64,000 bases of DNA, from assembly GCA_965203805.1 (NCBI GenBank), contig OZ241917.1, forward strand, positions 5,696,001 to 5,760,000. The letters run 5' to 3'. This DNA is from Candidatus Latescibacterota bacterium (GTDB taxonomy: Bacteria; Latescibacterota; UBA2968; GCA-2709665). The notes under the pieces were generated by a model. The model was not told the DNA's origin. It was given only the letters and a program-made list of their open reading frames with translations, and ran no database searches. Each line of letters begins with the position of its first letter. Position 1 is the first letter of the stretch. The position numbers were made by a program, and so were the translations under genes. Positions 28,022 through 37,592 of the stretch are shown piece by piece.

Positions 28022-29215
28022 TCATGGGTTGCGGTCCGACAGGGCGGCCACGCCCGGAAGCACCCTGCCTTCCAGAAATTCCAGGAAGGCCCCGCCGCCG
28101 GTTGAAACATGACCCAGCCTGTCCGCGAGACCGCACGTTGTCAGGGCCCCGACCGTTTCTCCGCCGCCGGCGAGGGTATTGGCGCCGCGCGACGACGCCT
28201 CCGCAACGGCTTGCGCCACGGCGTGGGTACCCGGTGCAAAGGCAGGGATCTCCGATACGCCCATCGGCCCGTTCCACACCACGGATCCGGCGTTCAGGAT
28301 CTCCTCCGAAAAGATCGTCCGGGTGTCGGGCCCGATATCGAATCCCTCCAGGTCCGCCGGCATGGCGTCTCGCGGTACGACCTGAGATACCGCGTCGTCT
28401 CGCGGCGCGACCGCAACCACGCAGTCTGTGGGCAGCAGCAGCCGGACGCCGGCGCCGGCAGCGCGTGTCAGCAGGACTTCCGCCATCCCAACGCGGTCCT
28501 CCTCAAGAAGCGACCGTCCAATCTCAAGGCCCATCGCCTTGAAGAACGTGTACGCCATACCTCCGCCGATCAGAAGCGTATCCACGAGGGACAGCAGATG
28601 CTGGATGATGTCGATCTTTCCCGAAATCTTCGCGCCGCCGAGGACGGCGACAAACGGCCTTGCCGGCGCCGACAATGCCTCTTCCAGGGAATCCAGTTCC
28701 CGCTGCATCAGGAACCCGGCGGCACAGTCCACGAAATGATGGGTCACGCCTTCCGTGGACGCGTGCGCCCGGTGCGCCGTGCCGAAAGCGTCGTTTACGT
28801 AGGCAGAACCCAATTCACAGAGCTGGCGGGCGAAATCGGGATCGTTCGCCTCCTCCGCCGCGTGAAACCTCAGATTCTCCAGCAGGACCACGCCATCCGC
28901 GCCCTTTGCGAGCGCCTCCGCTTCCGGACCCACACAATCCGGCGCCATCAGGACGTCTCGCCCCAACAATTCGCCAAGGCGTTCGGCCACGGGCTTCAGT
29001 GAAAATTCGGGATTGGCGCGCCCGCCGGGCCTGCCCAGGTGGGACATCAGGATCGGAACGCCTCCGTGATCCAGGATATACCGGACCGTGGGGAGCGCGG
29101 CACGAATCCGTGTGTCGTCCCCGACGCCCCCGTTCTGGAGCGGCACGTTGAAATCCACGCGTACCAGCACCCGCCGTCCGGCAAGCTCCAGATCCGTAAT
29201 CGAAAGTTTCGCCAT
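28022..29215 (-). CDS. pgk: Phosphoglycerate kinase
   Basis: RVDFNVP, SHLGRP, LLENLRF, NDAFGTAHRAHAS, WNGPMG, STGGGA. Confidence 0.97.
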   Translation of the reverse strand: MAKLSITDLELAGRRVLVRVDFNVPLQNGGVGDDTRIRAALPTVRYILDHGGVPILMSHLGRPGGRANPEFSLKPVAERLGELLGRDVLMAPDCVGPEAEALAKGADGVVLLENLRFHAAEEANDPDFARQLCELGSAYVNDAFGTAHRAHASTEGVTHHFVDCAAGFLMQRELDSLEEALSAPARPFVAVLGGAKISGKIDIIQHLLSLVDTLLIGGGMAYTFFKAMGLEIGRSLLEEDRVGMAEVLLTRAAGAGVRLLLPTDCVVAVAPRDDAVSQVVPRDAMPADLEGFDIGPDTRTIFSEEILNAGSVVWNGPMGVSEIPAFAPGTHAVAQAVAEASSRGANTLAGGGETVGALTTCGLADRLGHVSTGGGAFLEFLEGRVLPGVAALSDRNP

Positions 29216-29399
29216 ATTGCCGATCCCCGGCGCCAACTACTTTCTGGCAATTATAAGACAGGGAGCCGTCCTGCGCTCGTTGCGTGCGTAGTCCGGCTCC
29301 CGAAACCCCGCTCACCGGCAGCTTTTCCGAAAGCGGTCAACATATATACGATTTTCGTGCAGCGCCGCCTCGGGCCGGACACGCCTTCTGCGGCGGCGC

Positions 29400-30413
29400 C
29401 TATGCGTCCGTCCTTCGGGCTTCGTCCAGCGATTCGACGAGATCCACGCACCGGCAGGAGTACCCCCATTCGTTGTCGTACCAGCCGCACACCTTGACCA
29501 TCGTCCCGCAAATGACCGTCGTCATTTCGGAATCGAACACGCAGGAGTGGGGGTTGCCGATGATATCCGCCGAGACCAGCGGCTCGTCCGAAAACTCCAG
29601 GATGCCCTTGAGACGGCCTTCCGCAGCCTCCTTGAACGCGTCGTTGACCGATTCCGCGGTCGCCGGGTTCCGGAGGGTCGCTACAAAATCCGTATAGGAG
29701 CCGTCGGGCGTCGGAACGCGCACGGCCATCCCGTCCAGGTTTCCGTTCAACTCGGGGATGACCTTGCCCACCGCGCTGGCCGCCCCGGTGGTTGTGGGGA
29801 TCATGGAAAGGGCCGCGGATCTCGCCCGGCGAAGATCCGAGTGCGGCGCATCGATCATGCGCTGGTCGCCCGTATAGGCGTGAATGGTCGTCATCAGTCC
29901 CTTTTCGACGCCGAAAGCCTCCTGCAGGACGCTTACCATGGGGGCCAGGCAGTTGGTGGTGCACGAAGCATTGGAAATCACTCTGTCGTGCCCCGTCAGC
30001 GTCTCGTGGTTAATGCCCATCACCACCGTTGGGACGTCGCCCCTGGCGGGAGCGGAAATGATCACCCGTCCGGCGCCCGCGTCGAGATGCTTGCCGGCGC
30101 TGTCCTTATCCGTAAAGAATCCCGTTGATTCGATCACAACGTCCACGCCGAGAGACCGCCACGGCAGCATCACCGGATCCCGCTCGGCCAGTACGATGAC
30201 CTCGCTGCCATCCACGGCCAGCGACTTTTCCCGGATTTCCACGTTGCCCGGATATTTTCCGTGCGTGGAGTCGTACTTCAGCAGATGCCCGAGCGTACCG
30301 GCGTCGGTCAGGTCGTTTACCGCCACCACGTCGATTCCGGGCCTGCGCATCGCGGCCCGAAATACCAGCCGGCCGATTCGACCGAATCCGTTAATGGCCA
30401 CTTTGATCGCCAT
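29400..30413 (-). CDS. gap: Glyceraldehyde-3-phosphate dehydrogenase type I
   Basis: INGFGRIGR, NASCTTNC, PTTTGAA, WYDNEWGY. Confidence 0.97.
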   Translation of the reverse strand: MAIKVAINGFGRIGRLVFRAAMRRPGIDVVAVNDLTDAGTLGHLLKYDSTHGKYPGNVEIREKSLAVDGSEVIVLAERDPVMLPWRSLGVDVVIESTGFFTDKDSAGKHLDAGAGRVIISAPARGDVPTVVMGINHETLTGHDRVISNASCTTNCLAPMVSVLQEAFGVEKGLMTTIHAYTGDQRMIDAPHSDLRRARSAALSMIPTTTGAASAVGKVIPELNGNLDGMAVRVPTPDGSYTDFVATLRNPATAESVNDAFKEAAEGRLKGILEFSDEPLVSADIIGNPHSCVFDSEMTTVICGTMVKVCGWYDNEWGYSCRCVDLVESLDEARRTDA

Positions 30414-30478
30414 TTCGACTACCTCCAGATCAGATTTAAGCCAGCCGGCCGATCACCGCCGGGGGCATGCAGGCCAAA

Positions 30479-30591
30479 CAGCCCGTTGAAAAAGCCCATC
30501 CGGGCGGTGTCCCTTACCCGTGGCCGAATGGTGACACATTTTCGGGACGGGACCGACACCTCGCCGGCAGAGCGGCTTCTTCAACGGACTG
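30479..30591. mobile_element. 113-bp MITE-like element
   Basis: Terminal inverted repeats CAGCCCGTTGAAAAAGCC / GGCTTCTTCAACGGACTG (16/18); no internal ORF. Confidence 0.65.
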
Positions 30592-30700
30592 ATGAGCGAT
30601 GATGCACCGGAAAGTCGGCGGGTGAGCGCGCACCGACCCGACGTCTGCGATTGCGCTCGTGTGCCGCGCTCACCCGAATTGAAATCCGGGATTGACAGGG

Positions 30701-31738
30701 TCAGCCGAAAAAGACCCTGGCGATGTCATACAGATTCATGTCGACGGTGCGCAACTTGGATACCGCGTCTTTCAGCGGTACAGATATGATATCTGTACCC
30801 CGCAGCGCCACCATCTGGCCGAATTCGCCGGTGTGCACGAGGTCGATCGCAGCGATGCCGAACCGGGTGCCCAGAACGCGGTCGAACGCCGTCGGATTGC
30901 CTCCGCGCTGGATGTGCCCCAGCACGGTGACCCGGGTTTCGAAGCCCGTTCGCTTTTCTATTTCTTCACCGAGTACGATGCCGATTCCGCCCAGACGGAC
31001 GTGCCCGAAGGCATCGCGTTCCTCGGATTGAAGAACGTGCGACTCGTCGGACAGCCTGGCGCCCTCGGCAACCACCACGATGCTGAAGGTTTTGCCGCGG
31101 TCGTGGCGTTTCTGAATGGAGGCGCAGACCATTTCCAGGTCGACGGGCTGTTCGGGTATCAGGACCATGTCGGCGCCGCCCGCGATGCCCGCTTCCACGG
31201 CGATCCAGCCCGCGTGACGCCCCATCACCTCCACCACCATCACCCGGTTGTGGGACTCGGCGGTCGTATGCAGCCTGTCGATGGCGTCCGTGACGGTATT
31301 GATGGCCGTATCGAACCCGAAGGTCTGGTCCGTGCCGTCCAGGTCGTTGTCGATGGTCTTTGGCACGCCGATGACGTTCACGCCGTCTTCGTAAAGCTTG
31401 CTCGCCACGCCGACCGTGTCGTCTCCGCCGACGGCAATCAGCGCATCCAGACCCATATTTACCAGGTTCTCCTTTACGGTAGCGCTGCCGTTGGGCTCCT
31501 TGTACGGATTGGTCCTGGACGTGCCGAGGATGGTTCCCCCCCGGGGCAGGATGCCCGAAACGGCATTCAGGTCCAGCGGCATTGAGACCGACTCGAGCAT
31601 GCCTCTCCAGCCGAGCATAACACCCACGATCTCGTAACCGTAAGCGTCTATCCCCTTCCGGGTCACCGCCCGTATAACCGCGTTCAACCCGGGGCAATCG
31701 CCGCCGCCGGTTAAAATGCCAACACGCCTGATCGCCAT
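30701..31738 (-). CDS. pfkA: 6-phosphofructokinase (PfkA family, probably PPi-dependent)
   Basis: TGGGDCPGLN, GGTILGTSR, GGDD, PKTIDND, MGRHAG, LGHIQRGG. Confidence 0.93.
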   Translation of the reverse strand: MAIRRVGILTGGGDCPGLNAVIRAVTRKGIDAYGYEIVGVMLGWRGMLESVSMPLDLNAVSGILPRGGTILGTSRTNPYKEPNGSATVKENLVNMGLDALIAVGGDDTVGVASKLYEDGVNVIGVPKTIDNDLDGTDQTFGFDTAINTVTDAIDRLHTTAESHNRVMVVEVMGRHAGWIAVEAGIAGGADMVLIPEQPVDLEMVCASIQKRHDRGKTFSIVVVAEGARLSDESHVLQSEERDAFGHVRLGGIGIVLGEEIEKRTGFETRVTVLGHIQRGGNPTAFDRVLGTRFGIAAIDLVHTGEFGQMVALRGTDIISVPLKDAVSKLRTVDMNLYDIARVFFG

Positions 31739-31842
31739 GGGAGCGCTCCGCGTCAGGTCCGATCGTCACGCATGATTTATCGTACGGACAGGTTCGGTTT
31801 ACACGGCTGCCCATCCGCAATACGACTCGTTCGCAAACGGTA

Positions 31843-31871
31843 AATTTAACGCATCACGCGCTCAGTGTCAA
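31843..31871 (-). promoter_or_regulatory. sigma70 promoter of the pfk-gap-pgk cluster
   Basis: Minus strand TTGACA(31871-31866)-17 bp-TAAATT(31848-31843). Confidence 0.65.
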
Positions 31872-31907
31872 GTTGTTTTTTTTGTCAAAGTGTTTGGAAT
31901 CAATGCG

Positions 31908-32729
31908 TTAGATGAAAAGACCGGTGCCGGACCCGTCCATTGGGGCGCCGGTTATTTCCGCATCGAAATAGGGACATGCCAACGTCGCCACGACGACTTC
32001 GGATGCGCCCGCATCGAGCAGCGCCGCGGCGCACGCGTTGGCCGTAGCCCCCGTGGTAATCACGTCGTCGACGAGCAGGACCCTTCGTTCCCGGACCCGA
32101 TCGTGCCGGCGACAACGGAACGCGCCCTCCATATTCGCGCCGCGTTCCACCGAGTCCAGGTTCGTCTGGGTTTCCGTGGCACGAATACGCTTCAGCGCAC
32201 GGTCCTCAACGGACAGTTCCAGCACCCGTGCGAGGGCGCGGGCGATCAATACGCTCTGGTTGTACCCCCTTTCGCGCAGCCTGCTGCCGTGCAGGGGCAC
32301 CGGCACAACGACCGGCCGGGCATCCGCGAGCGATTCCCTTTCCAGCATGCGACCCAGGGCCCGGCCGAGGGTCTGGCCGGCAGCGGTCTGCCCCTGGTAT
32401 TTCAACATGTGAACCAGCCGCTGCGCCGGCTGGCTGTACGTCGTAAGTGCAAACAACCTGGAAAATACAAACGCCTTGTCCGCACAGTTCGCGCACGGCC
32501 GGGAGACGCCCGGACAGCCGCACCGGGCGCACCGAGGACCATCGATGATGCCCAGCGTCTCCCAGCAAGCCGGACACAACCCGTCGGTTTCCTCGAGCGG
32601 TGTCCGGCAGAGCAGACAGTGCGGGGGATATACAAACCCGACGATGGATTCCCAAAGGGTTTGGAGATTTCGATTGATGGCGTCGCGTTTCAAATGCTCA
32701 CCGCCGGAATAACGAAAAATGGCTTGCAA
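31908..32729 (-). CDS. comF: ComF family protein (Zn ribbon plus PRTase domain)
   Basis: CLLC..CPAC..CARC..CANC; VPVPLH..RLRERGYNQS; LLVDDVITTGAT. Confidence 0.92.
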   Translation of the reverse strand: MQAIFRYSGGEHLKRDAINRNLQTLWESIVGFVYPPHCLLCRTPLEETDGLCPACWETLGIIDGPRCARCGCPGVSRPCANCADKAFVFSRLFALTTYSQPAQRLVHMLKYQGQTAAGQTLGRALGRMLERESLADARPVVVPVPLHGSRLRERGYNQSVLIARALARVLELSVEDRALKRIRATETQTNLDSVERGANMEGAFRCRRHDRVRERRVLLVDDVITTGATANACAAALLDAGASEVVVATLACPYFDAEITGAPMDGSGTGLFI

Positions 32730-32867
32730 ATGCAGCCCGTTACCGATACATTTCCAAACTCAATCCCACCGTCCGCGCACGGTCGGTGATACCCGCTTCC
32801 ATCGTCCGATTCGGTCTCCTCGCATCCGCACGGCCGCGCACCCCGTGTCCCGTCCCGGTCGACATCC

Positions 32868-34844
32868 ATGAAAAATACCCGCGCGATCATTTTCGATCTG
32901 GACGGTACCCTCTTCGACCTGGACCCGCTGGTTCAGGCCGCCCGAAAGAGGGTCGCGCGGCACCTCCATGCCCATGGTTTCTTCGCATCGGAGTCCTACG
33001 CCCTCAGCCGGATCAACGACCTGGAGCGGCGGCACGGGCCCTACTATTCTTCGTCTCCCTATTATTTCGCCTTCTACGACATCGCCAAAGCCCTCCAGCG
33101 CGACAAGCCCGATCGACTCACAGATTACATCAACAGGCTTCGTCCCAACCATCGGAGTCTGGAGGACACCGACTCCATCGAAGCCTTTGTTGCGGAGCTC
33201 GAATACGTCTACAACAGCGAGGCCGTTGAAGACGTCAAGCTCTTTCCGGGCGCACTCCAGACGCTGCGGGAACTTCGCGGCGCGGGCTGTTTGCTCTTTC
33301 TGGTCACATTCGGGCGGACGCTTCGACAGAAAAACAAGATAAATCTCCTGAAGGTTGCGCCTTTCTTCCACAGCATTGTCAACGAAGGCCCGCCGTCTCA
33401 CGACTACTGGTTCGCCGAACTCATCAAAGACCACAAACTCTCGCCCGAGGAAGTCGTTTGCGTGGGAGACCGCGCCCAGGATGAAATTCGGGCGGGAAAC
33501 CGACTCGGATGCACGACCGTCTGGATGCGCCGAGGAAGATTCGCCGAGGAGGAGCCGGGTGAGGGCGACCGCCCCACCCATCAGATCCGCCTCCTCCCCC
33601 AGCTCTCCACCCTGATCCATCTCGCCCGCATGGACAAGGACCGGCGCCGGTTGAAAGTGGCCGCGCTCGGCGGGGGCACCGGGCTTCCCATCGTACTGCG
33701 CGGAATCCAGACGTACACCGACAGCCCCGCCGCGGTGGTCGCGGTTACCGACACAGGGGCCTCCTCTGGACGCATCCGGTGGAATCTGGGGGTGCAGCCG
33801 CCCGGCGACATCCGCAACGCACTGACCGCGCTCGCCGATCGACGCCGTGTCTCCTCGGGTTTGATACGCGTATTTCAACACCGGTTTCCGAACAGCGAAC
33901 GGGAAGCCGGGATCTTCCGGAACGACAACATCGGCAACTTCCTGATTGCCGCGCTGACCCAGCAACTCGGTGATTTCCAGAAAGCCATCGAGACGGCCGG
34001 CGATATGTTGCACATACGCGGGGAGGTCTTTCCCGCCACCAACCAGAACGTGGACATCTGCGCCGAACTCGAGAACGGAGAACAGCGCTATACCGAGTGG
34101 ATGGTGCGCAAGACGGGAAAAGCCCCTCTAAGACGCGCATACCATGTGGCCAACAGCGAGATCCTTCAGGAGTTGCAACAACCCGACGGCGCCCTATACA
34201 GGGAAGAAGATTCCCAAACCGGCCAGGTGGAGGTCTACGCCAGGCCCGGAAGGGACTTCCAACCCGCCAGGAACGAGGCCCGCGCCCCGAGGGCCGCCGT
34301 GCAGGCCCTCGCGGACGCGGACATCGTGGTCCTCGGTCCCGGCAGCCTCTTCACGAGTGTGATTACGAATCTGCTGGTGCCGGACATCACGCGTGCGCTG
34401 TCCGCCCGTCGACACGGCAAGGTCCTCTACGTCTGCAACATCGTGACCCAGCCCGGGCAGACCGACGGATTTGGCGCGTCGGACCATCTCCGGGCCATTT
34501 TGCGACACTTCCCGGAGAAACATACCGGTATCCTGGACCACATGCTTGTGCAGGATCCGGACGCGTTCCACAGGCCGGGGGGCCGAAAGTGGCAACCGGT
34601 GCTGAATGCGTATCTCCGTGATGGCAAGGAACCCGTGCGATGCGATCCAGATGAGATCCGGCGTCTGGTTACCTGTACGGTAACCGATCTACTGGAGGAC
34701 TATACGTCCGAGGCCAGGAGCCGCAGCGCGGGAGACTTTATCAGCCACAACCCGGACAGGGTGGCCGACGCGGTCTGCCGGGTCTACTGCGGGCTGGAAG
34801 TGCCGGACTACGGGGAACTGGACAATGGCTCGGCGCCGGATTGA
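32868..34844 (+). CDS. HAD-family hydrolase fused to a YvcK/GlmR (UPF0052, CofD-like) domain
   Basis: N-terminal FDLDGTL...VGDR..DEI..G; C-terminal GGGTG, DTGASSG, PPGDIRN, GPGSLFTS..NLLVP, NIVTQPGQT. Confidence 0.88.
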   Translation: MKNTRAIIFDLDGTLFDLDPLVQAARKRVARHLHAHGFFASESYALSRINDLERRHGPYYSSSPYYFAFYDIAKALQRDKPDRLTDYINRLRPNHRSLEDTDSIEAFVAELEYVYNSEAVEDVKLFPGALQTLRELRGAGCLLFLVTFGRTLRQKNKINLLKVAPFFHSIVNEGPPSHDYWFAELIKDHKLSPEEVVCVGDRAQDEIRAGNRLGCTTVWMRRGRFAEEEPGEGDRPTHQIRLLPQLSTLIHLARMDKDRRRLKVAALGGGTGLPIVLRGIQTYTDSPAAVVAVTDTGASSGRIRWNLGVQPPGDIRNALTALADRRRVSSGLIRVFQHRFPNSEREAGIFRNDNIGNFLIAALTQQLGDFQKAIETAGDMLHIRGEVFPATNQNVDICAELENGEQRYTEWMVRKTGKAPLRRAYHVANSEILQELQQPDGALYREEDSQTGQVEVYARPGRDFQPARNEARAPRAAVQALADADIVVLGPGSLFTSVITNLLVPDITRALSARRHGKVLYVCNIVTQPGQTDGFGASDHLRAILRHFPEKHTGILDHMLVQDPDAFHRPGGRKWQPVLNAYLRDGKEPVRCDPDEIRRLVTCTVTDLLEDYTSEARSRSAGDFISHNPDRVADAVCRVYCGLEVPDYGELDNGSAPD

Positions 34845-35517
34845 TGCCGTCATCTTCGACCTGGACGACACCCTGTTCGACTGCACCGGGCAGCTGACGG
34901 AACCGGCGCGCCTTCGGGCGGCTGAAGTCCTTGCCGCGGCCATTCCCGATTCAGACGCGCAGGTCCTGCGTCGCCAGCAGGGGGAATTGGTCGACCGGTT
35001 CAGTTCCTCCGACGCCATTCGCGAAATCGCCGGCCGGCACGGACTGTCGGCCGATGTCGCTGAAAGCGCGCTTTCCGCCTATAATCGGGACGAGGTGGAA
35101 GACATTGCGCCCTTTCCGGATACGCTTGCAACGCTGGATGAACTCGCGCTCAGGAATTACCGGCTCTGCCTCGTGACCACCGGCCGCCCGGAACGGCAGC
35201 GGCGAAAGATACACCGCCTGGGCCTGTGCGGTTATTTCAGCGAGGGGGACGGCACCCTCTTTTTTCACGACGACCGCGATAGCCGGGAAAAAGACGGGGC
35301 GCTGCTCCGGGCCGCCCGCCGATGCGCCCTGTCGCCGGGCCGCATCCTGTCGGTGGGGGACAAGCTGGATTCCGAGATCGCAGCGTCCGGACGGCTGGGC
35401 ATGCGCACCGCGCGCCTGCGTTTCGGCAGACAAAAAAACCAGCGCCCTCGAACTCCCGAGGAACGCCCGGACCACGAATTGAGCCGCCTGTCGGACCTGC
35501 TCGAATTGCTGCCCTGA
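34825..35517 (+). CDS. HAD-family hydrolase
   Basis: FDLDDTL, LVTTG, K, VGDKLDSEI; overlaps the previous gene. Confidence 0.88.
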   Translation: MARRRIDAVIFDLDDTLFDCTGQLTEPARLRAAEVLAAAIPDSDAQVLRRQQGELVDRFSSSDAIREIAGRHGLSADVAESALSAYNRDEVEDIAPFPDTLATLDELALRNYRLCLVTTGRPERQRRKIHRLGLCGYFSEGDGTLFFHDDRDSREKDGALLRAARRCALSPGRILSVGDKLDSEIAASGRLGMRTARLRFGRQKNQRPRTPEERPDHELSRLSDLLELLP

Positions 35518-35529
35518 AATGACGCGCGT

Positions 35530-36321
35530 TTACGCGGGTCCCTTCCGCGCCCCGGTAGTCACAGTGACCCGGTCGCCTCGACGCAAGCCCAGTTCCCGTG
35601 CCGCACTGCCTCCATTGATCGCGACCTCCAGCGTATCCTCGCTTCCGTAGAGAACCAGCGCCTCGCCCTCCGGCACGTCGGCGTACGTCCGGGAGATACC
35701 GTCGAACAGACACTTCCCGGTACGGATGCGGACTTTGGCGTCGCCCAGGTGCTGCCTGCCAAGATTGCTGATCGCATTTCCGAAACCGTCGACGTGCACG
35801 ATCCGCCCCACAACGTCGTCGCCGCACGTGTGAACCGTCCACAGATCCAGGCGGTTCGGGTCCACAACCGGCGGCCCCAGTTCCTCCGCCGGGACTCCGT
35901 TGCTCAGATGCGCCGCAGCGGGGCCGAAGATGTCCCTGCCGTGAAACGTCGGGCTCACCGCGGGTCTGAAGAACGCCGGATTGCGGATCTCAACGACCTT
36001 CCACTTCGTTTCACGCTCGAATACGGCGCTGAACAGTCCGTTGTCCGGACCGACAAACAGCTGATCCGGAGTTTCCACCACGATTGCGCGGCGGGCGCTT
36101 CCAACGCCCGGGTCCACAACCGCGAGATGGACCGTTCCGGCCGGGAAATAGCGGTACGCGCCGGAAAGGACGTAGGCCCCGGAGGCCACGTCCTGCGGAG
36201 GGACCCGATGGGAAACGTCCACCAGGGTGGCGTCCGGAGCGATTGCGAGCATCGCCCCCTTCATCGCGGCCACGTACCCGTCGTGAAGCCCGAAATCCGA
36301 TGTCAACGTGATCACACCCAA
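35530..36321 (-). CDS. DUF62 SAM hydroxide adenosyltransferase (SAM-dependent halogenase family)
   Basis: LTSDFG..D, VVDPGVG, GPDNG, TFHGRDIF, DGFGN. Confidence 0.9.
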   Translation of the reverse strand: MGVITLTSDFGLHDGYVAAMKGAMLAIAPDATLVDVSHRVPPQDVASGAYVLSGAYRYFPAGTVHLAVVDPGVGSARRAIVVETPDQLFVGPDNGLFSAVFERETKWKVVEIRNPAFFRPAVSPTFHGRDIFGPAAAHLSNGVPAEELGPPVVDPNRLDLWTVHTCGDDVVGRIVHVDGFGNAISNLGRQHLGDAKVRIRTGKCLFDGISRTYADVPEGEALVLYGSEDTLEVAINGGSAARELGLRRGDRVTVTTGARKGPA

Positions 36322-36579
36322 TGCATACCTCCCGGGCCGGCCGGCGCCGGACGGACGACTCGACGGCCGAATTCGGGCAACTTATTTTCGGGACGGATCA
36401 GTAGCGGCGGGAACGACCTTCACAATATAACGCATGGCAGGCGGCCGCGCGAAACCGGTTTCCTGTCTGCCCTCTGAACGGGACCAATCGTCCTCCGGTG
36501 ACTCCGGGGCAGCGCAATCGGTCTCATGTCGGACCGCGTGTCGTCCCGGCTCCCACGTCATCGTTACGTTTCCGTTTCG

Positions 36580-37269
36580 TCAGAACAGTTCCGCCTCCTT
36601 CATGCTCAGAAACCGCTCCGCGCCAAGAATGATGTGGTCCAGCACCTCGATGCCCATAATCTCCCCTGCCTGCACCATCCGCCGCGTCAGTTCGACGTCC
36701 TCACGGCTCGGCGTGACGTCCCCCGACGGGTGGTTGTGCGCAAGGATGACGCTGGCCGCGCAGGAGCCCACGGCAGGGAAGAATACCTCCCGGGGATGAA
36801 CCAGCGACGCGTTCAGCGAACCCACCGACACCTCCTCCCGGCAGATGACCTGGTTGCGGGCATTCAGAAAGACCGCCACGAAATGCTCTTTCCTTCGATC
36901 CTTGATTTCCGCCAGCAGCCCGACCGCGTCGGCCGGCTTCGTGATGGACGGCTCGATGCCCATGCCCTGGTTCAACGCCCGGCGCGACAGCTCGAATCCG
37001 GCCACGAGGCCGGCCGCCTTCGCCCTGCCGATGCCCTTGATGCCCGTCAGTTCCGCCAGGCCCATCGCCATGAGCGACTGGAGTGCATGCTGTTTCAGGA
37101 CTTCACCGGCAACCTCCAGCACGTTCCTGCCTTCATAGCCCGTCCGCAGAAGGACTGCCAGCAGTTCCTCGTTCCTCAGCGCTTCGGCGCCAAGCCGTTC
37201 CAGTTTCTCACGCGGCAGGTCCACGTCCGCGACACCGTCGATACCCCCGCGCGGGGTCGGCCCCACCAT
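36580..37269 (-). CDS. radC: RadC (JAB domain) protein
   Basis: PREKL..LGAEAL..EELLAVLLRTG; HhH GIGRAKA; VHPREVF, HNHPSGDVTPSRED, LDHII. Confidence 0.95.
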   Translation of the reverse strand: MVGPTPRGGIDGVADVDLPREKLERLGAEALRNEELLAVLLRTGYEGRNVLEVAGEVLKQHALQSLMAMGLAELTGIKGIGRAKAAGLVAGFELSRRALNQGMGIEPSITKPADAVGLLAEIKDRRKEHFVAVFLNARNQVICREEVSVGSLNASLVHPREVFFPAVGSCAASVILAHNHPSGDVTPSREDVELTRRMVQAGEIMGIEVLDHIILGAERFLSMKEAELF

Positions 37270-37592
37270 GGGTTGCCTTTCGTCCAGGGGTAAGCTGCGC
37301 CATTTGCTCCGATCCGTTCTGACAGGACTGCATAAGCAAAAGCCGTTCCGGGAAGACCAATTCCAACAGCGCCGCGTCCGGACGGGCTCTGCCCGTCATC
37401 CCTCGTTCATTCCTCGGAGGGAGACTGAACACCGCTTTCAGATCAATCGGGATGGAAGGAAAGATCCGTCCATTGAAGGAGTAGCTTCCGGATAGTCAGC
37501 ATTGAGAAACAATACAGAATCCTCCCGGTCTTTTTAGTTATATTTCGAACCGTGCATCGTTCGACAAAGAACCTTTGTCTGGAGAGACAGTT

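Noticed and set aside
35530-36321. Fluorinase/chlorinase
   Set aside because: It has the Asp/Arg/His-type motifs (VVDPGVGS.RR, TFHGRD) of widespread DUF62 SAM hydrolases, and there is no halometabolite cluster nearby.
37545-37564. TCGAAC-N8-GTTCGA as a LexA box for radC
   Set aside because: The Gram-positive SOS box has a 4-bp spacer; this site is ~280 bp from radC and closer to the ankyrin gene.
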